64,000 nucleotides of DNA, taken from Chiloscyllium plagiosum (Eukaryota). Both the position numbers and the translations under genes were made by a program. Under the pieces are notes generated by a model. The model was not told the DNA's origin, did no database searches, and saw only the letters and a list, made by a program, of their open reading frames with translations. The stretch lies in contig NC_057720.1 of the NCBI RefSeq assembly GCF_004010195.1, forward strand, positions 20,101,680 through 20,165,679. The letters are read 5' to 3'. This document shows positions 61,960 to 64,000 of this stretch, piece by piece (position 1 is the stretch's first letter; each line of letters opens with the position of its first letter).

Positions 61960-63680
61960 ACCTCCCCTTAACAAAGCTGCTCTGACGCAGCTGTATTTTA
62001 CTGTGCACTTCCAAGTACTCCGAAATATCATCCTTAATAGTGAGCTCTAAAATCTGACCAACAACTGAGGTCAGGCTAACCGGCCTATAATTACCAATGT
62101 CTGCTTCCCTCCCTCCTGAAACATGAGTATTACAGTGCGATTATCCAGCCCTCTGGTACCCTCCTTGACTCTTTTGATTCCTGAAATATTACCACCAGTG
62201 CCTGCACAATCTCCTCAGCTGTCTCCATCAAAATTCTGGGATGAAGTCCATTTGGTCTGGGTGACTTATCCACCTTCAGACCTTTCCGTTTTCCCAACAA
62301 CTTCTCCTTGGTGATGGCCACCTCATCTCTGCTCCCGATTCTCTTGAACTTCCAGTATGCTGTTGGTGTCTTTCACCGTGAACACAAATTCAAAGTACCT
62401 ATTCAGTGCTTCTGCCATTTCTTTTTTTCCCCTTTGCTACTTATCCAGCCTCATTTTCCAGCAGTTCATGTCCACTCTTGCCTCTCTTGTACCTTTTATA
62501 TCTCAAACAATACTCTTGCAATTGTCTTTTTATATTGTTAAATTAGCTTATCTCACTGCTTACGGGGCCTGTATATTTCTCCCATCAGGATCTTTTTCCT
62601 TTATTTTTTAATTCACGTTTGGTGATTTTTAAAGACTTTCCCTTCCTCTGGCTTACATTAATCTTCACCACATTATATTCTTTTTCATTTGCTTTTATGC
62701 TGTTCCTGACTTCCATTGTTGGCCATGGTTGCTCATCATCTCCTTAATATGTTTCTTCCTCATTGGAATGAATTTCTGCTGTACCTGCTAAATTACCTCC
62801 AGAAACACCTGCCATTTCTGCTCCACCATCTTCCCTTCCAATCAGCTCTGGCCAGCTCCCCCCTCAAGTCTTTATAGTTACCTTGACTCAACTGTAATAC
62901 TATTCCAGCATTTTCCTCTCAAACTGCAGGGTGAATTCTGTTGTGGTCATTGGCCTCTAGGGATTCCTTCACTTTAATCTCTCTAATCAAGTCTGCCTCA
63001 TTAGACATCATTGAGGAGAAAGTGAGGTCAGTTACCTTTACTCAATGTAATACTATTCCAGCATTTTCCTCTCAAACTGCAGGGTGAATTCTGTTGTGGT
63101 CATTGGCCTCTAGGGATTCCTTCACTTTAATCTCTATAATCAAGTCTGCCTCATTAGACATCAACAAATCTAGAATTACCTGGTCCCTAGTGGGCTCTAT
63201 CAAAAATTGCACCCAGAACATTTCTTGAAGACATTCCACAAATTCTGTTTTTTGGGATGTGCTACCAAAGTGCATATTGAAGTCCCCCGTGGTTATTGTA
63301 ATGGTGTCTCTCTTGCCTTTTCTGTCTTATTATTTATTATCGCTGACCACTGCTTACGGGACCTGTATATTTCTCCCATCAGGATCTTTTATCCTTCATG
63401 GTTCCTCGACTCTACTCTCACAGATTCTGCACCTTCCAGCCCAAATAGCCGTTTGCTACTGATTTAATTTCATTTCTTACAAACAAGCCTCCCCTCCCAC
63501 TCCAGCTCATCTGCCTGTCCCTTCAGTGGGATGCATATCCTTGGATATTTAGTTCCCAGCACTGATTCCCTTGCATCCACATCTCTCTGATATCCGCAAC
63601 ATTGTAACCAACCTTATTTACTTTGACTCTTATACGCACGCATTTGAGTACAACACTTTCAGTCTTGCATTGACTGTGCA
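61960..63680 (-). mobile_element. LINE ORF2 fragment (endonuclease to RT N-terminus)
   Basis: EPTRDQVILDLLMSNE..DHN and LKVDKSPRPNGLHPRIL on minus. Confidence 0.85.
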
Positions 63681-64000
63681 ATCACTCCCTTTCTCATAGT
63701 TGCCTCTTTATCTATTGTGCCTGAAATTGGGTTTCTGACCTTTTCCATATTCTCTGTCCTCTTTCTGACTTCTCCTGAGCCTTCCCTTGCTTTTAATGAT
63801 TATTCACGCATAAACATCTTGCAGTGATGAATTATACAGGTAATCCTCTTTTAACATTGCCCAGTTTAACATTATCATGCTAATGTTTTCTTGAGTCATA
63901 TTGTTATTACTGCTATTTGTTGTAGTGTGTGTCACTTTGTGAAAGTCAGATGACGTTAGGACCTCATTGGTGCTATGAGAGCTGTGTTTGTTCTTTACAA

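Noticed and set aside
58005..64000. Search for ABCD3 exons 22-23
   Set aside because: No VGITLFTVSHRK-like coding sequence was seen. The N gap is flanked by collinear CR1, so the exons are probably downstream of the window rather than lost.

Overview
Eukaryotic genomic DNA, most likely from a cartilaginous fish; this is inferred from HE1/V-SINE-type SINEs, CR1 LINEs and Penelope-like repeats. The window lies inside one + strand gene, ABCD3 (PMP70, a peroxisomal ABC half-transporter). I traced 18 consecutive GT-AG coding exons from 4134 to 58004. They splice into one open frame of 1590 nt (530 aa) matching human exons 4-21, with the EAA-like motif, Walker A (GPNGCGKS), signature (LSGGEKQR) and Walker B (FAILDE). 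The first and last exons lie outside the window. Exon numbers and human exon sizes are from my recall of human ABCD3. The introns are dense with decayed CR1/L2-type LINEs, tRNA-derived SINEs, Penelope-like elements (PLEs) and a Tigger-like MITE, and there are two N gaps. I found no new protein-coding system. The most interesting signals are structural. (i) Four 43-88 bp tracts have a second copy about 0.75-0.9 kb away, two of them inverted. (ii) Two tiny retroelement termini are flanked by very long 86 bp and ~135 bp duplications. (iii) One target site was used twice by PLEs. (iv) PLE repeats carry minimal hammerhead-ribozyme motifs and near-perfect hairpins. (v) A 3 kb LINE ends 13 nt from the exon 13 start. 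(vi) An inverted CR1 pair brackets exon 7.
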